Shown here one piece after another: positions 61,243-64,000 of a DNA stretch of 64,000 nt (positions are counted from its first letter, which is position 1; every line of letters starts with the position of its first letter). Under the pieces are notes generated by a model, which was not told the origin of the DNA, did not search any database, and was given only the letters and a program-made list of their open reading frames with translations. Position numbers and translations under genes: made by a program. The stretch is from an uncultured Gemmatimonadaceae bacterium (lineage in GTDB: Bacteria > Gemmatimonadota > Gemmatimonadetes > Gemmatimonadales > Gemmatimonadaceae). Location: NCBI GenBank assembly GCA_963843845.1, contig CAWJMB010000002.1, forward strand, positions 32,001 to 96,000, given 5' to 3'.

Positions 61243-62007
61243 ATGCCTTTCCGCCCTTACATCCTCGCCGAAGCGCCGTGGCAGTTCGTCTCCGGCGCCG
61301 CCTACGACGTCGCCGTGCTTCCGTGGGGCGCCACCGAGGCGCACAACTTCCACCTGCCGTACGGCACCGACGTCATCGAGTGCGATCACGTCGCCGCCGA
61401 GTCGGCGCGCGTCGCGTGGGAGCGGGGGGCGCGTGTCGTCGTGCTGCCGACGGTGCCGTTCGGCGTGCAGACGACGCAGCTCGACATCCCGTTCTGCCTG
61501 AACATGAACCCGTCGACGCAGGCCGCGGTGCTCGGCGACCTCGTCGCGGCGCTCGAGGGACAGGGAGTTCGTCGCCTCGTGCTCCTGAACGGCCACGGCG
61601 GCAACGACTTCAAGCAGATCATCCGCGAGCTGCAGCCGCGCACGCAGGTCATGCTCGTCGCGATCAACTGGTACGGCTGCGTCGACCCGACGCCGTACTT
61701 CGACGACCTCGGCGACCACGCGGGCGAGCTCGAGACGAGCGTCATGCAGCACGTCGCCCCCGACCTCGTGCTTCCGTTAGGCGACGCCGGCCCGGGGACT
61801 GAACGCAGGCCGAAGATCGCCGGGCTGCGCGAGCGGTGGGCGTGGACGCCGCGCCGCTGGACGCAGGTCTCCGCCGACACCGGCATCGGCGACCCGAAGG
61901 CGGCGACGCCGGAGAAGGGAGCGCGCTTCTTCCGCGCCGTCACCGAGCGCATCGGCGGCTTCCTCGTCGACCTCGCGGCGGCGGACCCGGGTGACCTCTA
62001 TGAGTGA
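61243..62007 (+). CDS. Creatininase/creatinine amidohydrolase family protein
   Basis: PWGATEAHNFHLPYGTD, NGHGGN, DHAGELETS, GDP..AT.EKG. Confidence 0.92.
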   Translation: MPFRPYILAEAPWQFVSGAAYDVAVLPWGATEAHNFHLPYGTDVIECDHVAAESARVAWERGARVVVLPTVPFGVQTTQLDIPFCLNMNPSTQAAVLGDLVAALEGQGVRRLVLLNGHGGNDFKQIIRELQPRTQVMLVAINWYGCVDPTPYFDDLGDHAGELETSVMQHVAPDLVLPLGDAGPGTERRPKIAGLRERWAWTPRRWTQVSADTGIGDPKAATPEKGARFFRAVTERIGGFLVDLAAADPGDLYE

Positions 62008-62098
62008 GCGACTGGACATGACATGCACCGAGCAGGGCCGAATGCACCGAATCGCCTCGCGCCGTCGGCCATCCGGCGCATCTCGCCCTTCTCGGTGC

Positions 62099-63313
62099 AT
62101 GCGATGCATCTCGCTCTCGGCGGTCGCCCTCACCCTCGCGACGAGCGCTTCCGCGCAGACGACGGTGCTCCGCGCCGGCCGGCTCGTCGACGGCACGGGG
62201 AAGACGATGACGAACGTCGACGTCACCGTGCGCGGCGAGAAGATCGAATCCATCAGGCCGGCGTCCGGCGCGCTCCCGCCGAACGGGATCGACCTGCGCG
62301 CCCGCACGCTGCTCCCGGGGCTCGTCGACACGCACGTGCACCTCGGCTGGTACCTGAACGACAGGGGCCGCCTGCACACCGCCGACGACGGCGACTCCCC
62401 GGCGAAGCAGGCGCTCGCGCACGCCGGCAACGCGTGGGCGACGCTGCGCGCCGGCTTCACGACCGTGCAGAGCGTCGGCGAGCCGGAGAACGGCCCGCTC
62501 CGCGACGCGATCGCCGCCGGCCGCGTCCCCGGGCCGCGCGTGCTGACGTCGCTGGGCTCCCTGAACGAGCGCACGCGCGGCGGCTCGCCGGACTCGCTCC
62601 GCGCCGCGGTGCGCCGCTTCCAGGCGCAGGGCGCGGACCTCGTGAAGGTCTTCGCGTCGAAGAGCATCCGCGACGGCGGGGAGGCGACGATGACCCCCGA
62701 GCAGCTCGCCGCCGTCTGCGGCGAGGCGAAGGCGCTCGGCCTCCGCACGCTCGTCCACGCGCACTCCGCCGAGTCGGTGAAGCGGGCGGCGCGCGCCGGG
62801 TGCACGCAGGTCGAGCACGGCGTCTTCGTCGACCCGGAGGCGTTGCAGCTGATGGCCGAGCGCGGCGTCTACTTCGACCCGCAGTGCGGGCTCGTCTTCC
62901 GCAACTACCTCGACAACCGCGCGACGTTCGCGGGGATCGGCAACTACAACGACGAGGGCTTCGCGGCGATGGACCGGGCGATCCCGCTCGCCGAGGCGGG
63001 CGTGCGCCGGGCCTTCGCGACGCCGGGGCTCAAGGTCGTGTTCGGGACCGACGCCGTCGCCGGCGCGCACGGACGGAACGCCGAGGAGCTGGTGTGCCGC
63101 GTGCAGCGCGCCGGGCAGTCCGCGCTCGACGCCATCACGAGCGCCACGTCGCTCGCCGCCGAGTCGATGGGGCTCGGCGCGTCGCTCGGGCGGGTGGCGC
63201 CGGGGTACGCGGCGGACCTCGTGGCGACCGACGGCGACCCGTCGCGCGACATCACGATGCTGCGCCGCGTGCGCTTCGTGATGCGCGGCGGCCGCGTCTA
63301 CCGCAACGACTAG
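62099..63313 (+). CDS. Secreted amidohydrolase (metal-dependent, prolidase-like subfamily)
   Basis: Signal peptide, PGLVDTHVH, GFTTV, VKVF, HAH, EHG, FGTD, ADLV..GDP. Confidence 0.88.
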   Translation: MRCISLSAVALTLATSASAQTTVLRAGRLVDGTGKTMTNVDVTVRGEKIESIRPASGALPPNGIDLRARTLLPGLVDTHVHLGWYLNDRGRLHTADDGDSPAKQALAHAGNAWATLRAGFTTVQSVGEPENGPLRDAIAAGRVPGPRVLTSLGSLNERTRGGSPDSLRAAVRRFQAQGADLVKVFASKSIRDGGEATMTPEQLAAVCGEAKALGLRTLVHAHSAESVKRAARAGCTQVEHGVFVDPEALQLMAERGVYFDPQCGLVFRNYLDNRATFAGIGNYNDEGFAAMDRAIPLAEAGVRRAFATPGLKVVFGTDAVAGAHGRNAEELVCRVQRAGQSALDAITSATSLAAESMGLGASLGRVAPGYAADLVATDGDPSRDITMLRRVRFVMRGGRVYRND

Positions 63314-63555
63314 CGGATCAGCGCCTCGATCCCGACCGTCCGCATCGTCCCGTCCGGCCCCGGCGCGAGCCGCCGCCGCACCGAGATGCTCCCCCCGTCC
63401 GCGAACACGCGGATCGACAGCTCGACGTCCGTTCCCATCGGCTCGTCGAGCCGCGGCACGATGCGGCGCGACGCCGTCTCCACCTCGCGCGCCGTGTGCG
63501 GGCGGCGTGGCAGCGGCAGGTAGCCGGGTACGAGGTCGTGAGAGATCGGGCGCAT
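63310..63555 (-). CDS. Small hypothetical protein
   Basis: 81-aa ORF filling the gap, stop overlaps that of the amidohydrolase; no motif. Confidence 0.35.
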   Translation of the reverse strand: MRPISHDLVPGYLPLPRRPHTAREVETASRRIVPRLDEPMGTDVELSIRVFADGGSISVRRRLAPGPDGTMRTVGIEALIR

Positions 63556-63692
63556 CTGGAATGCGAGTATCGGACGGTGACGGTGTTCTACGGTAGGAGC
63601 GCTCGGCGATTTGCGAAAGGAAAAACTTTCGTCGAGGAGGTCCGTCGGCCATTCTGTGCAGAGCATTCTGTGCAGCGCACGCAAACGCCCCG

Positions 63693-64000
63693 ATGATCAC
63701 GATCACCGCCGCGGAGTGGCCCGACGCCCCGGCCATCGCCGCGCTGAACAACGAGTTCGCTCCCGACGGGCTGACGCTCCGCCGCACGCCGGAGTTCGTG
63801 GCCGCGCGCATCGACGCCTACCGCGTGGCACGCGACGACGACGGGCGCCTCGTCGGCTGCGTCGCCGTCGACGACTACGCTCCGTCGCTGGCCGAGCTGA
63901 TCTCGCTCGCCGTCGCCGCCGACATGCAGGGGAACGGCCTCGGCCGCGTCCTCGTCGCGGAAGCCGAACGCGTGGCGCGACTGCGCGACTACGACGAGCT
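63693..64000 (+). CDS. GNAT N-acetyltransferase (short ArgA-like), runs off the window end
   Basis: MITITAAEWPD...GLTLRR...LVGCVAV...LAELISLAV...QGNGLGR (QxxGxG). Confidence 0.8.
   Translation, partial: MITITAAEWPDAPAIAALNNEFAPDGLTLRRTPEFVAARIDAYRVARDDDGRLVGCVAVDDYAPSLAELISLAVAADMQGNGLGRVLVAEAERVARLRDYDE

Noticed and set aside
60693..61244. N-terminal extension of the rSAM ORF with AEEVHQGA repeats
   Set aside because: Alternative-frame shadow of the precursor; the precursor frame has the strong RBS and the GTGA overlap marks the rSAM start at 60692
1251..61782. Dispersed GTTAGGC copies as attC sites
   Set aside because: They lack paired R''/L boxes and lie inside intact genes; only the 7.1-8.7 kb sites have attC architecture

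Overview
Very GC-rich bacterial DNA (by eye over 70% GC; gene content and style suggest a Gemmatimonadota-like soil bacterium, which is an inference). About 60 genes, no rRNA, tRNA or CRISPR array seen. Recognisable modules: M1 aminopeptidase, CheB-CheR-PAS-kinase hybrid, a small integrase-less integron cassette array (attC sites at ~7.1-8.7 kb), a PAS kinase/LuxR pair, a complete Wsp/ACF-type chemosensory operon ending in a REC-GAF-histidine kinase, a membrane protein-wHTH-uppS operon with a recurring 17-bp operator, an orphan PD-(D/E)XK nuclease, a copper cluster (copZ-DUF305-copA-csoR-unknowns-copCD) and many hydrolases. The best candidate for an undescribed system is at 59.3-61.1 kb: a 132-aa precursor-like peptide with three tandem 19-aa cores (CxPxKFIKxPxPE) translationally coupled to a radical SAM/SPASM enzyme, i.e. 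a putative multi-core RiPP. Also notable is strong over-representation of the non-palindromic word (C)GTTAGGC (22 copies counted by eye). Many genes are frameshifted, probably long-read indel errors, so pseudogene calls are tentative. All family assignments come from motif recognition by eye; no searches were run.
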